In this document: positions 1 through 10,338 of the stretch, in pieces
Numbering within the stretch: position 1 is the stretch's first letter
How the letters are laid out: every line of letters starts with the position of its first letter
Assembly (NCBI GenBank): GCA_021799485.1
Contig: JAJZAK010000008.1
Location: 5,569-69,568, forward strand
Direction of reading: 5' to 3'
DNA length: 64,000 bases
Origin: a bacterium
Lineage (GTDB): Bacteria; Elusimicrobiota; Elusimicrobia; UBA1565; UBA9628
The notes under the pieces: model-generated
Seen by the model: the letters and a program-made list of their open reading frames with translations, nothing else
Databases searched by the model: none
Told to the model about the DNA's origin: nothing
Made by a program: the position numbers and the translations under genes

Positions 1-303
1 GTGATCGCGGGATGCGGTTGGAACGCGCCGGCGCCCGTGTGCTCGAAGCCCGCGGGGAACACGGCACAGGGGCTCTGCGACATGGCGGGAAACGTCTGGG
101 AATGGCTGGCGGATTGGTTCCACGATTCCTACAAGGGAGCTCCTCGCGACGGCGGCGCCTGGATCGAACCGGAGGGCTCCGCCCGGGTGTTCCGCGGCGG
201 CTCGTGGAATTCCGGCGCCGACGCGGCCCGAGCGGCGAACCGCTCAAGCTTTGATCCGGGATACCATGAAGGCAACCTCGGATTCCGGGTGGCGCGCTCG
301 TGA
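1..303 (+). CDS. C-terminal fragment of a formylglycine-generating-enzyme (FGE/sulfatase-modifying factor) domain protein. The 5' end lies outside the window
   Basis: Motifs GNVWEW, RVFRGGSW and GFRVAR are typical of the FGE-sulfatase domain. The ORF runs from the window edge. Confidence 0.55.
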   Translation: MIAGCGWNAPAPVCSKPAGNTAQGLCDMAGNVWEWLADWFHDSYKGAPRDGGAWIEPEGSARVFRGGSWNSGADAARAANRSSFDPGYHEGNLGFRVARS

Positions 304-1562
304 ACGCTTGGGCCTTGCTTCTGATGGCTCTAGGGGGAATTCCGGCGCATGCCGCCGTCTCGTCCGGGACGGGCGCGAATTTCGACGCCGCGGCCTGGAG
401 CCTCTCCGACAAGGGCTTTCGCGAGCTGTATTCGCTGGACTATGAGAAGGCCCGGCAAACCTTCGCCCTACTCGAGAGAACCGAGCCCGACCGGGCCTTC
501 AGCTATCTATTCGACGCGGGAGCCCTTTGGTGGCAAGCCTCCAATGAAAGAGGGCTCTTCAAAATCCGACCCGATTTGCGTCGGCGCTTCGAAAACGACG
601 TTCGCGAGGCTATCAAGAAAGCCTCCGCTCTCGTCTCCTCGGCCGATCCGCGCGCCCAGGCGGACGGCCACTTCATCCTGGGCCTGTCCTACGGCGCCAG
701 CGCCCAGTCGGACCTCCTTTCGAGGCATTGGTTCCGGGCTTATCGGGCCGGCAAAAACGTCGTCTACCATCTCAAAAAATGCCTCGACATCGACCCGGAT
801 TATGTCGATGCCAAGTTCGGCCTGGGCTGGTTTGAATGCGATCTCGCGCGCTATTCCGGCTTCCTGGGATTTTTAGCGCGCCACTTGATGGGCGTCGGCG
901 GCAGCGAGGCGGAGGGGATCGCGCTCCTCACGGAGGCCTCCCGGAACGCCGTCTACGTCAGGCACCAGGCGGCGATCGTCCTGTCCTCCTTCTACATCGG
1001 ATTCAAGCATGACTACGCGAAGGCTCTCCCGATCATCCAGGCCTTGCGGCGGGATTATCCCGCCAGCCCCTACTTTCAATTTGTCGATATCGCCCTCCTC
1101 TTTAAAACCGGAGACCCCGCCGGCTCATCCTCCGCCGCCCGCGATTTTTTCGCCGCCTTTTCCCGCGACCAAACGACCGCGCAACCCAAGCTCATGACCC
1201 TCCTCTGCTCCTTCTCCAGCAAAGCCTGCCCCGACCGCTCCCTGGCCGAGGAGTCGCTCGATTGGTTCGGCAAGGCGATCCCAGCCGAGAGCGCGCTCGG
1301 CCCCGGCCATTTCCCGCCGGACTGGAACGAACGCGATCACCTGGCTTGGCTCTCCACTCTTTATCTTTATCGCGGATACGCCGAAGAGGCTCTGGGCCTT
1401 TCGAGCCTGGCTCGAGAGGACTTCGATCGCGTGGAAAAAGACTACCCTGACTTCTGGGATAACCAGTTCAGGGCCGGCTATTGCCTGGAAAATCCCTGCG
1501 GCGGCAAGGAGCTCGGTCTTTATTTTCGGAACTTGGCGATGCCTCCCCTCCCGGCCCCATGA
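300..1562 (+). CDS. hypothetical secreted protein
   Basis: 420-aa ORF with an N-terminal signal-peptide-like hydrophobic segment (LLLMALGGIPAHA). No recognisable catalytic motif. Confidence 0.45.
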   Translation: MNAWALLLMALGGIPAHAAVSSGTGANFDAAAWSLSDKGFRELYSLDYEKARQTFALLERTEPDRAFSYLFDAGALWWQASNERGLFKIRPDLRRRFENDVREAIKKASALVSSADPRAQADGHFILGLSYGASAQSDLLSRHWFRAYRAGKNVVYHLKKCLDIDPDYVDAKFGLGWFECDLARYSGFLGFLARHLMGVGGSEAEGIALLTEASRNAVYVRHQAAIVLSSFYIGFKHDYAKALPIIQALRRDYPASPYFQFVDIALLFKTGDPAGSSSAARDFFAAFSRDQTTAQPKLMTLLCSFSSKACPDRSLAEESLDWFGKAIPAESALGPGHFPPDWNERDHLAWLSTLYLYRGYAEEALGLSSLAREDFDRVEKDYPDFWDNQFRAGYCLENPCGGKELGLYFRNLAMPPLPAP

Positions 1563-2461
1563 ACGCGGCCGTCAAAAGAGCGCGCTCCCTCCTCTTGCTT
1601 GGGGCCGCGGCGTTTTCTGGCTGCGCGGCGTGGAACGCGCACGGCGTGGCGGTCCGTCCGCCAAGGAAGCTGCGCGTCGCCATCCTGCCCATCACCCAGG
1701 ACTTCAAGTTGTCGAAACTCTCCAGCATCGAGACGATCCCCAAGGGTCTCGATCCGAGCACGACGTCCCAAGAGGAGCAAAAAAAGATGGCGGAGAAGGC
1801 CATGGCCGCCGATCTGATCTGGCTTCGCCGCAGCCTTGGCGAAAGATTTTCCCGCACCTACGCTTACGAGGTGGTCCCGGACTCGGAAGCGCTGACGGCT
1901 CTCCAACGGGAAGGCCTCTCGCCGGAAAGCGCTCTGTGGGAACTGAAGCCCGCGAAGATGAAAAGCCTGGCTCAAAGGATGAAGGCGGACGTGATCCTGA
2001 AAAGTCGGCTTGACGGCTACGGCAAGCTCAAGTCTCTTTGGCTGGCCGGCGTGATGACCGCGGATTACGCGGAGAACGGCGTGACGGGCTTCGCGGTAGC
2101 CGCGGCCTCAGGGAACCCCTGGGCCGGAATTGGAACAGGCGTTCTTGAGACGGTGTTGGACACCGTTAAATGGATAGGCGCCTTGTGGTTCACGAATCGT
2201 CTTTTCGTTCCCGTGATCCTCAAGGGAGAGCTCGTGAGCGGCGCCGACGGCCGCGGCTTGGCGTCCAACATGGAGACGGAGATGAGTTTCGAGATTTTCG
2301 GCCACGATAAGGCGTTCGACAAATATCCCTTGGAGCAGAGAAAGCTCAAACAGGTCCGCCTGAAAGCCGTCGCGGAGAAGGCCATCGACGACATGGCCGT
2401 CTATTTCGACGGCCAAGCCCTGAAGAACGAGGGCGGTTTTGAAGAGCCTCCCCGCTCATGA
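1559..2461 (+). CDS. hypothetical lipoprotein
   Basis: ATG at 1559 precedes a signal peptide with a lipobox-like LLLGAAAFSGC. Coding-like composition. Confidence 0.45.
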   Translation: MNAAVKRARSLLLLGAAAFSGCAAWNAHGVAVRPPRKLRVAILPITQDFKLSKLSSIETIPKGLDPSTTSQEEQKKMAEKAMAADLIWLRRSLGERFSRTYAYEVVPDSEALTALQREGLSPESALWELKPAKMKSLAQRMKADVILKSRLDGYGKLKSLWLAGVMTADYAENGVTGFAVAAASGNPWAGIGTGVLETVLDTVKWIGALWFTNRLFVPVILKGELVSGADGRGLASNMETEMSFEIFGHDKAFDKYPLEQRKLKQVRLKAVAEKAIDDMAVYFDGQALKNEGGFEEPPRS

Positions 2462-3483
2462 CGATTTTCAGGAATTTTTTCGCGGCAGGCCTTGTTCCCA
2501 CCGCGCTGACGGCCATGGCCATCTCAGGCTGCGCCGGCTTGCCCATGGGAACGCCGGTCCCCTTGGATGGGATCCGCGGCCAAGCGATCGGCTTCGACGA
2601 CTTGGGCATCGACGCATTCCTTGGCAAGATTCTTATACCATGCGGGCGCACCGGCGCCGTCTATTTATTGGACCCCAAGAGCGGCGGAGGCTATCCGCTT
2701 CAGGCCTTTCCATCCGTCTCCGGCGGCGAGCATGGGCACGACGCGGGCGTGACTTCCGCGGATTCCGGCTTGGGACTCGTCTTCGCGTCCGACCGAGACA
2801 CCCGGTCGCTTGAGGCCCTTGACCCCCGCAGCGGGCGGGTCAAGGCCGCTGTCGCTTTAAAAGGAAAACCCGACTACGTCCGTTATGTCGGCCCGACCCA
2901 TGAAATCTGGGTCACGGAACCGACGTTGCAACAAATCGAGATCTTCTCCATCGAGCGCATGGGAAAAGCCATAAGCCTCATGCGTTCGGGCGTTGTCCGA
3001 GTCCCCGGAGGGCCCGAGTCTTTGGTCGTTGACTCCAAGAGAGGGACCGCCTTCACGAATTCATGGAAGGGATCGAGTTTCGAGATTTCCTTAAGCGGCC
3101 GCGGAATCAGTGCCCGCTGGAGGAACGGCTGCGCGGGATCGCGGGGACTCGCGTTGGATGAGGCCGACGGCTTCCTCTTCGTCGGCTGTGAAGAGGGCAA
3201 GGCGTCCGCCCTGGATGCCTTGCACGGCGGCAAGCCGCTTTCAAGCATGGACTCGGGCCGGGGAGTCGACATCATCGCCTACGACCCCGGCTTGCGCCAT
3301 CTCTACGTGCCGGGCGCCGAAGACGCCACGCTGACGGTCGCGTCCGTGGGCCGTCGGGGAAAGCTGACTCCTCTGCGGATGTTCCAGACGGCGCCGGGAG
3401 CCCATTGCGTCGTCGCCAACGGCCGCCGGTTCTGGGTCTGCGACCCGCGACGCGGCCGACTCCTTCGCTTCGACGATCACTGA
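2458..3483 (+). CDS. hypothetical lipoprotein, probable beta-propeller repeat protein
   Basis: Signal peptide with Cys (AISGCAG). Repeated Gly/Asp-rich strand-like segments. 4-bp overlap with the upstream gene. Confidence 0.45.
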   Translation: MTIFRNFFAAGLVPTALTAMAISGCAGLPMGTPVPLDGIRGQAIGFDDLGIDAFLGKILIPCGRTGAVYLLDPKSGGGYPLQAFPSVSGGEHGHDAGVTSADSGLGLVFASDRDTRSLEALDPRSGRVKAAVALKGKPDYVRYVGPTHEIWVTEPTLQQIEIFSIERMGKAISLMRSGVVRVPGGPESLVVDSKRGTAFTNSWKGSSFEISLSGRGISARWRNGCAGSRGLALDEADGFLFVGCEEGKASALDALHGGKPLSSMDSGRGVDIIAYDPGLRHLYVPGAEDATLTVASVGRRGKLTPLRMFQTAPGAHCVVANGRRFWVCDPRRGRLLRFDDH

Positions 3484-3541
3484 AGCTTCCTCATAAAGTT
3501 TCCGCTGAACTCCATAGGCGGGTGTCCAAGTCGCGGCTGAC

Positions 3542-3575
3542 TTGACCTTGATCTTTGGCCGTTGGGTGCTATAAT
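3542..3575 (+). promoter_or_regulatory. sigma70-like promoter upstream of the glycoside hydrolase gene
   Basis: TTGACC/TTGATC -35 candidates, a 16-nt spacer and a perfect TATAAT at 3570-3575, about 8 nt upstream of the ATG at 3584. Confidence 0.4.
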
Positions 3576-3583
3576 CCTAAGCC

Positions 3584-5056
3584 ATGGGACGATGTCGTCT
3601 GATCGCGTGGGCTGTTCCGGCTTTTCTCATGCCCCCCCTCGCTCATCAGACCTCCTGGGCGGACCAAACACCTAGCGGCAGTCTCGAGGCGGCGCTCAGC
3701 CCTGATTCGACACCGCGCGTCTTCGACGGCGGAGGCGCCCGAGCGGCGGTCACGGCGGTTCCCGGATCGCCTTTCGGTCGGCTGCCCGCCGCCGCCCAAC
3801 CTCGGGCTTCCAGCGCCATGCCGGCGGCGCCGCGGCTCAACGAAGCCCGAACCCTCGCCCAGGCGGCGGCGCTTGCCCGCGAGGCGATCCGCAAGGACAG
3901 CTACGCCGTATCGATGCCGGGCCAGCCGGGGCTGCGGCTGATCACGACGGCCGGAAGCCGCCAATACAAGAGTTTCTGGACCAGGGATGCGAGCTTCGCC
4001 GGCTTCGGGATTTTAGCCGAGCCGGGCGGCGACAAAACGGTCCATGACGTTCTCAGCTCCCTCTTTGATCGCGCCAACTCCAAAGGCCAGCTGCCGCGGC
4101 GTCAAGGATCGGAGTCGAACGCCAAGATATTCCTGCGCGCCTTCCTGGGCATGAAGGTCCCGGGCCCCCGTTCGCTCAAATCCGCCGATTATAACGGCAC
4201 GCTGGGAGTCCCGCAGCTCGACGCGACGGCGCTGCCGATCATCCTTGCGGCAGCCTATGTCGAGTCCACCGGAGACTCGACATTCCTCTCCCGCTACTAC
4301 CCCGCGATGAGGAAAAGCTTGAACTTCCTCTCGCGCCGGGCCGGCGCCGACGGCCTCATCCGCCAGAAGGGCGGCTCCGATTGGAAGGACATGACGCATC
4401 GTCAAGGCCGCGTCGCCTACACCAACGCTCTCTATTACAAAGCCCAGGAATCCTTGGCTGAGCTCGCGCGCGGGATGGGCGACGCCGGCGAGGCGGCCCG
4501 TGATGCCGCGGGCGCGGCCAAAACGAAAGCGGCGATCAACTCCCTCCTTTGGGACGATCACCGCGGCTTCTATAAGGACAGCGACCTCTTTCCGGGGCTC
4601 TCCCCGGACGGGAATCTTTTGTCCGTCATCTTCGGCGTCGCGGACCGGCGTCAAGCAGGCAGGATTCTGGACAATCTTCAAGCCATGATGCGCCGCTCCG
4701 GTCTTCCGCTCCAGGCCCTGGACGGCAGCTACCCCAAAGGATCCGCCTCGATCTGGACCAAGATGAGCGGCCTTGAGCACTATCAAGACGAGGACATCTG
4801 GCCCTGGCAAGGGAATCTCCTCGCCGTCGCGGCGGCCCAAGAGGGACGGCCGGATCTCGCCCGCGAGGCCCTGGATCGCGTCGCGGCCCAGGCGGTCCGG
4901 GACGGAACGTTCCGGGAAGTCTACCAGCCCGGCGCCGTCCGGGCGCCTGTTGAGACCTGGGACTACCATGCCGAGCCGGACTTCCTCTGGAGCGCCGGCA
5001 CCTACCTGTGGGCCTACCGGCTGACGGAAAATCCAGGCTCCTCGCAGCATCCCTAA
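3584..5056 (+). CDS. glycoside hydrolase, GH15-like (glucoamylase/glucodextranase-type six-hairpin fold)
   Basis: FWTRDASFAGFG matches the conserved (Y/F)WTRD motif of GH15-type (alpha/alpha)6 hydrolases. 490 aa. Confidence 0.55.
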   Translation: MGRCRLIAWAVPAFLMPPLAHQTSWADQTPSGSLEAALSPDSTPRVFDGGGARAAVTAVPGSPFGRLPAAAQPRASSAMPAAPRLNEARTLAQAAALAREAIRKDSYAVSMPGQPGLRLITTAGSRQYKSFWTRDASFAGFGILAEPGGDKTVHDVLSSLFDRANSKGQLPRRQGSESNAKIFLRAFLGMKVPGPRSLKSADYNGTLGVPQLDATALPIILAAAYVESTGDSTFLSRYYPAMRKSLNFLSRRAGADGLIRQKGGSDWKDMTHRQGRVAYTNALYYKAQESLAELARGMGDAGEAARDAAGAAKTKAAINSLLWDDHRGFYKDSDLFPGLSPDGNLLSVIFGVADRRQAGRILDNLQAMMRRSGLPLQALDGSYPKGSASIWTKMSGLEHYQDEDIWPWQGNLLAVAAAQEGRPDLAREALDRVAAQAVRDGTFREVYQPGAVRAPVETWDYHAEPDFLWSAGTYLWAYRLTENPGSSQHP

Positions 5057-6544
5057 TTGCCGGCAAACAACCTCCTCGCGATCGATCAAGGGACGACCGG
5101 GACGACCGTCCTGGTCGTCGGGCCGCGGGGCGATATCCGCGGAAAAGCCACCAGGGAATTCCCCCAAATATTCCCAGAGCCCGGCTGGGTGGAGCACCGC
5201 CCCGACGACATTTGGAGCTCCGTCCTCTCCGCCGTCCGGGAGGCGCTCAAGTCCGCGGGGCTGCGCCGCGAGCGAATAACCGCGATCGGCGTCGCCAATC
5301 AAAGGGAGACGACTCTCCTCTGGGAACGCCGCACGGGAAAACCGCTCGGCAACGCCATCGTATGGCAGGACCGCCGAACAGCCGGGCTCTGCGGCGCGCT
5401 CAAACGCCGCGGCCTCGATCCCGTCGTCAGGATCCGATCGGGTCTGCGGCTCGACCCCTATTTCTCAGGAACCAAGATCCGCTGGCTTCTCGACCAATCG
5501 AGAAGCCTGCGGCGCCGCGCCGAGTCGGGGGATATCGCCTTCGGGACCATGGACTCCGTCCTCCTCCACCGCCTGACAGGAGGCGCCGTTCACGCGACCG
5601 ACGCGACCAACGCCTCCCGGACCCTCCTGATGAACCTTCGCAGCCTCCGGTGGGATCCCGTTCTCTGCCGAGCCCTCCGCGTCCCGGAGGCGATGCTTCC
5701 CGATATTCGGCCGACGATCGGGATCTTCGGCCGCACGCGCGGGGTCTCGTTCGTCCCGGACGGCGTCCCGATCACGGCCATGGCCGGGGACCAACAGGCG
5801 GCGCTTTTCGGACAGGCGTGCTTCAGGCCGGGCGAGGCCAAATGCACGTTCGGGACGGGGAGTTTTCTCCTGATCAACACGGGCCGCCGTCCGCTCATCA
5901 GCCGCTCCGGCTGCCTTCCGACGGTCGCATGGAGCTGGAACGGAGGCGTCCATTATGCCCTCGAAGGCTCGGCCTTCGTCTGCGGTGCGGCGGTCCAATG
6001 GCTGCGGGACGGCCTCGGGATCCTACGCCGGTCCTCCGACGTCGAGGCTCTCGCGAGCGCCGTCCCCGACGCGGCCGGAGTGGAGTTTGTCCCGGCTTTC
6101 GCGGGCATGGGAGCGCCGCGCTGGAAGCCTCTCGCGCGAGGGCTTCTTTGCGGGCTGACTCGAGGCACCACCAAGGCCCATATCGCCAGGTCCGTCCTCG
6201 AGGGCCTGGCGCTCCAGAACGTCGAGCTTCTGCGCGCCATGGAGCGCGACCTGGGACGGAGGGTCGTGGTCATGAAGGTCGATGGAGGCGCTTCGGCGAA
6301 CAATCTTTTGATGTCTCTCCAGGCGGACTACTCGGGCGCGCGCTGCGTGAGACCGCGCATCGTCGAAACCACGGCCATGGGAGCCGCCTTCATGGCCGGT
6401 CTCGGCGCCGGCGTGTGGAAAAATCTGGAGGATGTGCGAGCGTTATGGCGCAAGGACCGGGAGTTCCGGCCGGTCCTGTCGCGAAGACGGCGCGAGATGC
6501 GCCTCGAGAGATGGAAACGCGCCGCCCGGCGCGCGGAACCGTAA
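5057..6544 (+). CDS. glpK: glycerol kinase
   Basis: AIDQGTTGT and EFPQIFPEPGWVEHRPDDIW are hallmark FGGY/GlpK motifs. 495 aa. Confidence 0.9.
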   Translation: MPANNLLAIDQGTTGTTVLVVGPRGDIRGKATREFPQIFPEPGWVEHRPDDIWSSVLSAVREALKSAGLRRERITAIGVANQRETTLLWERRTGKPLGNAIVWQDRRTAGLCGALKRRGLDPVVRIRSGLRLDPYFSGTKIRWLLDQSRSLRRRAESGDIAFGTMDSVLLHRLTGGAVHATDATNASRTLLMNLRSLRWDPVLCRALRVPEAMLPDIRPTIGIFGRTRGVSFVPDGVPITAMAGDQQAALFGQACFRPGEAKCTFGTGSFLLINTGRRPLISRSGCLPTVAWSWNGGVHYALEGSAFVCGAAVQWLRDGLGILRRSSDVEALASAVPDAAGVEFVPAFAGMGAPRWKPLARGLLCGLTRGTTKAHIARSVLEGLALQNVELLRAMERDLGRRVVVMKVDGGASANNLLMSLQADYSGARCVRPRIVETTAMGAAFMAGLGAGVWKNLEDVRALWRKDREFRPVLSRRRREMRLERWKRAARRAEP

Positions 6545-6550
6545 GGCGCG

Positions 6551-8416
6551 CTACTCCGACTCTTCCTCGTCCCCCTTTTCGCGCTTCCTGGAGCTGGCCC
6601 TCAGGATCTTCTTGCGCAGGCGGAAGGACTTCGGCGTGACCTCCAGAAGCTCGTCCTCCGCGATGTATTCAAGCGCCTGTTCGAGCGTCATCTCGACCGG
6701 AGGCTCGAGCTGGATCGCCTCGTCGGAGGCCTTGGAGCGCATATTCGTGAGCGCCTTTGCCTTGCAAGGGTTGACGACCATGTCCCCCGCGCGGGAATTG
6801 GAGCCGATGATCATGCCCTCGTAGACCGGGATGCCAGGCCCCAAAAAGAGCCGGCCGCGGTTTTGGAGATTGTCGAGGGCGTAGCCCGTCGTCAAGCCTT
6901 CTTCCTTCGCGATCATGACTCCCTGAGGGCGCTTGGCGGGGTCGGGGCCCTTGGGCCCGTACCCGTGGAAACTGTGATGCATGAGACCCTGGCCCTTCGT
7001 CATCGCCATAAGCTCGGTCTTAAATCCCATGAGCCCGCGCGAGCTCACAACGTACTCGATCCGGACGCGCGTCGAACCCTCGGGAGTCATCCCCGTCATC
7101 TGGGCGGCGCGGCGGCCTAGGCTCTCGATGACGGCGCCCTGGAATTGGGTGGGCACGTCAACCACGAGATGCTCCATGGGCTCGAGCATCTTTCCGTTCT
7201 CTTCCTTATATACGACCTCGGGCCTCGAAAGGGCGAGTTCGAACCCCTCGCGGCGCATGGTCTCGATGAGAACCGACAAATGAAGCTCCCCGCGACCGGA
7301 AACCTTGAAATGCCCCTCGCCCGACAGCTGCTCGATGCGCAGCCCCACGTTCGTCATGCGCTCCTTCAGGAGCCGTTCCTTTAAGTGCCGGGCCGTGACG
7401 AAGCGGCCCTCGCGGCCCGCGAAGGGGCTGGCGTTGACGGTGAATTCGATCGAAAGCGTGGGCTCGTCGATCTCGAGCGGCGGAAGCGCCTGGGGGTTCT
7501 CGGCGGAGGACACGGTATCGCCGACGTTCAGGCCGTCGAGCCCCGCCAAGCACACGATGTCTCCCGCCCGGGCTTCCTCGACGTCCTGGCGCACGAGGCC
7601 GAAATGTTTTTGAAGGAGGGTGATCTTGCCCGGAAGGACGGTCCCTCCGGGCTTGACGAGCGCGGCGGGGGATGACTTCGCGATGCGCCCGTTCTGGATG
7701 CGGCCGATGCCGATCGTCCCCAAATAGCTGGAGTAATCGAGCATGGTGACCAGCATCTGGAAGGGCTTTCCCGGATCGGCCGCCGGGCCAGGCACGTGGG
7801 AGAGGATGGTGTCGAGAAGCGGCGTCATGTCGCGCCCGGGATGTTCAGCCTCGATGCTCGCCCATCCTTCCTTGCCGGCGGCATAGATGATCGGGAACTC
7901 GAGCTGCGGGTCCGTCGCGCCCAGGTCGACGAAGAGGTCGAACACCTTGGAGAGGGCGTCGTGGGGACGGGCGTTCGGCCGGTCCATCTTATTGACGACC
8001 ACGATGGGGCGCAGACCCAGGGCAAGAGCCTTGCGCAGAACAAAGCGCGTTTGCGGCATCGGCCCCTCGACCGCGTCGACCAAAAGGAGGGCTCCGTCCA
8101 CCATCTTGAGGACCCGCTCCACTTCGCTTCCGAAATCCGCGTGGCCCGGGGTGTCGACGATGTTGACGACGACGCCCTTATAGGGAACGGCGGTGTTCTT
8201 GGCGAGGATGGTGATCCCTCGCTCGCGCTCGAGCGGATTGGCGTCGAGGACCTGCTCCTGGGCTTCGTCGGCCTTGACCGTGAAGGTATGCGTCGTCTTG
8301 AGGAGCGAATCGATCAGCGTGGTCTTCCCGTGATCAACGTGCGCGATGATCGCGACGTTGCGGATGTCCTCGCGGCGGACGTTGGGCGTCGACGGCGACA
8401 TGGCTTCTTTCGGCAT
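6551..8416 (-). CDS. typA: translational GTPase TypA/BipA
   Basis: [16 protein letters not shown]1 motif and EF-G-like architecture. Likely start is at MPKEAM or MSPST. The listed 668-aa ORF carries an N-terminal over-extension. Confidence 0.9.
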   Translation of the reverse strand: MPKEAMSPSTPNVRREDIRNVAIIAHVDHGKTTLIDSLLKTTHTFTVKADEAQEQVLDANPLERERGITILAKNTAVPYKGVVVNIVDTPGHADFGSEVERVLKMVDGALLLVDAVEGPMPQTRFVLRKALALGLRPIVVVNKMDRPNARPHDALSKVFDLFVDLGATDPQLEFPIIYAAGKEGWASIEAEHPGRDMTPLLDTILSHVPGPAADPGKPFQMLVTMLDYSSYLGTIGIGRIQNGRIAKSSPAALVKPGGTVLPGKITLLQKHFGLVRQDVEEARAGDIVCLAGLDGLNVGDTVSSAENPQALPPLEIDEPTLSIEFTVNASPFAGREGRFVTARHLKERLLKERMTNVGLRIEQLSGEGHFKVSGRGELHLSVLIETMRREGFELALSRPEVVYKEENGKMLEPMEHLVVDVPTQFQGAVIESLGRRAAQMTGMTPEGSTRVRIEYVVSSRGLMGFKTELMAMTKGQGLMHHSFHGYGPKGPDPAKRPQGVMIAKEEGLTTGYALDNLQNRGRLFLGPGIPVYEGMIIGSNSRAGDMVVNPCKAKALTNMRSKASDEAIQLEPPVEMTLEQALEYIAEDELLEVTPKSFRLRKKILRASSRKREKGDEEESE

Positions 8417-8451
8417 CCGGTTATTGTAGCAAGTCGACCGGAGGAGCTTTT

Positions 8452-9177
8452 TTAAAACGTATACGCCAGAGCGGCCGTGGCGCCGAAGCCGACATAGCCC
8501 ACCCCGCCGGGGCTTGTGATGGAATGGAGCCCGTCCAAGGCGATGTTCATGCGCCAATGGGTGTCGGGAATCTGCCGCTCCCAGCCCAAGGCGACGTCCC
8601 AGGCGGCCGACGGCCCCGTGAGGGGCGTGAGGAAGGAGCCGGCCGGAGCGCCCGTCATGTCCGCGGCCTCGACTCCCGCGCGAAGGATGACGTAGCGGGT
8701 CTGGGACGTCCCCAACGGGACGAGGGCGAACTCAAGGCCGACGGGAATCGCCCATCGAACGAGGTCCGCCGTGGCGCCGGAGCTTTCTTTCTCGTCCATG
8801 GGAACTCCTTCAAAACCCGCGTAACCCCTGACCCATGTGAAAAAATGCCGTTCGTAAAGCGCCCGCGCTCCCAAGAGCCCCCCCGCCGTCGATCCGTAGC
8901 CGTTCTTATCATAAGGGTAAATCGTCACGGTCGCCGGCGCCAATTCCAAAGCCCAGGCCGGCCGCTCCGCCGCGACGGTCCCCCGAGGGAGAGCGATGTC
9001 GCGAGCCTCGCCTTTCGGCATGGGCTGATTCGACCGAAGGTAATCCAAGAACTCCCGCTTGTCCTGATCGGTCCAGTCCTTCTGGTCGCCGAGGGGCGGG
9101 ACCTGTTGGGCGGCGACCCGCGCGGCGGGCAGCGCGACAAGGCCGGCCCATAGAAGAAAGTAGCCTTGAAATCGCAC
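8452..9177 (-). CDS. hypothetical outer-membrane beta-barrel protein
   Basis: Signal peptide, alternating hydrophobic beta-strand pattern and a C-terminal ...ALAYTF ending in an aromatic residue, as in OMPs. Confidence 0.4.
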   Translation of the reverse strand: MRFQGYFLLWAGLVALPAARVAAQQVPPLGDQKDWTDQDKREFLDYLRSNQPMPKGEARDIALPRGTVAAERPAWALELAPATVTIYPYDKNGYGSTAGGLLGARALYERHFFTWVRGYAGFEGVPMDEKESSGATADLVRWAIPVGLEFALVPLGTSQTRYVILRAGVEAADMTGAPAGSFLTPLTGPSAAWDVALGWERQIPDTHWRMNIALDGLHSITSPGGVGYVGFGATAALAYTF

Positions 9178-9201
9178 GGAGGATGCATTATACCTTTCCC
9201 G

Positions 9202-9666
9202 ATGTTTTCGACGGCCCGGCTCTTCCTGACGGCGCTGGCGCTGGCGGCGTTTCCATCAAGCAGCCAGGCCATGACGATCGCGCGGGCGCGCGACCGCGTC
9301 GTCGCCCTGACGATGCCCTATCTCAACATCCCCTACCTTTGGGGAGGCACAAGCCCGCGCACGGGGCTCGACTGCTCGGCCTTCGTCCAGCTCGTCTACC
9401 GGAAAGCGGGGTTTAATCTTCCTCGGGTGTCGCGCCAGCAATTCGCCGCGACGCGCTATCTCCCGCCGCGCCGGGTTCTCCCGGGCGACCTGATTTTTTT
9501 CTCGATGCATCATCCCCAAAGGCGCGTCGTCGACCATGTGGGAATCTACCTCGGCAAGGGCTACTTCATTCATGCCTCGGTGAGCGAGGGCGTCCATATC
9601 CAGTCGATCCTGGATCCTTATTACATTAAGAGGCTCGTTTCGATCCGCAAATACGCCGGATTTTAA
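9202..9666 (+). CDS. NlpC/P60 (C40) family peptidoglycan peptidase
   Basis: Signal peptide, then the YLWGGTSP.GLDCSAFVQLVY (catalytic Cys) and HVGIYLG (His) motifs of the C40 family. Confidence 0.8.
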   Translation: MFSTARLFLTALALAAFPSSSQAMTIARARDRVVALTMPYLNIPYLWGGTSPRTGLDCSAFVQLVYRKAGFNLPRVSRQQFAATRYLPPRRVLPGDLIFFSMHHPQRRVVDHVGIYLGKGYFIHASVSEGVHIQSILDPYYIKRLVSIRKYAGF

Positions 9667-9843
9667 ATGGATCAACCCTCGCGGCGACGGACCCGATGCC
9701 CCCGTTGCGGAAAGGGTTTCATCTGCGGGCCGGAGGAAGGCCGGGAGCTTTGCTGGTGCGCCGATCTTCCCGCCCCCGACCCGCCGACCAAGGAGGATTG
9801 CCTATGCCGCGATTGCCTCATCAAGGCCGCCGCCAAAAAATGA
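9667..9843 (+). CDS. small cysteine-rich protein (CWC-type zinc-ribbon-like), 58 aa
   Basis: MDQPSRRRTRCPRCGKGFICG...LCWCADLP...CLCRDCL has eight Cys including a CWC motif. Below the ORF-track length cutoff; read directly from the sequence. Confidence 0.4.
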   Translation: MDQPSRRRTRCPRCGKGFICGPEEGRELCWCADLPAPDPPTKEDCLCRDCLIKAAAKK

Positions 9844-9886
9844 GTTGAAGCCGCCGAAGAAGATTTAGTATCGTTTTGCGCTCGTT

Positions 9887-10321
9887 ATGACCGCCACCTT
9901 GACGCCGAAGCGATCGTTTCAGAAGACTCCTCTCCCCGAGGTCGCGAGCCTTCCCAACCAGAGGCGCCGGCACCGCCTTGACGCCGCGGGCCAAGTCCTG
10001 GGCCGCCTCTCCACCCGCGCCGCGACGCTGCTGCGCGGCAAGCACAAGCCCGTCTATACCCCGTCCCTCGACTGCGGCGATTTCGTCGTCATCACGAACG
10101 CGAAGGACGTCAAGCTCACCGGGCGCAAGATGGAGCAGAAGTTCTATTTCAGCCATTCGGGATACGCCTCGGGCGCCAAGACGACGCCCGTCGCCCGGGT
10201 CATGGAGAAAAACCCGGCCAAGGTCGTCTACTTGAGCGTCAAGCGCATGATCCCGGCGAACCGCCTGCGCAGCCGCCAACTCAAGCGCCTGCGGATCTAT
10301 CCGGGAGCGGAGCGCCCCTAG
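9887..10321 (+). CDS. rplM: 50S ribosomal protein L13
   Basis: GRLSTRAATLLRGKHKPVYTP matches the L13 signature. Confidence 0.9.
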   Translation: MTATLTPKRSFQKTPLPEVASLPNQRRRHRLDAAGQVLGRLSTRAATLLRGKHKPVYTPSLDCGDFVVITNAKDVKLTGRKMEQKFYFSHSGYASGAKTTPVARVMEKNPAKVVYLSVKRMIPANRLRSRQLKRLRIYPGAERP

Positions 10322-10338
10322 CCAACCAAAGGAATAAC

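Noticed and set aside
4013-5302. 429-aa minus-strand ORF antisense to the glycoside hydrolase and glpK
   Set aside because: It overlaps two well-supported plus-strand genes. Its amino-acid composition is Arg/Gly/Ala/Pro-dominated, typical of GC-driven open frames. No motifs
5008-6639. 543-aa plus-strand ORF in an alternative frame over glpK
   Set aside because: The GlpK frame carries the FGGY motifs. This frame is a Pro/Arg-rich low-complexity translation
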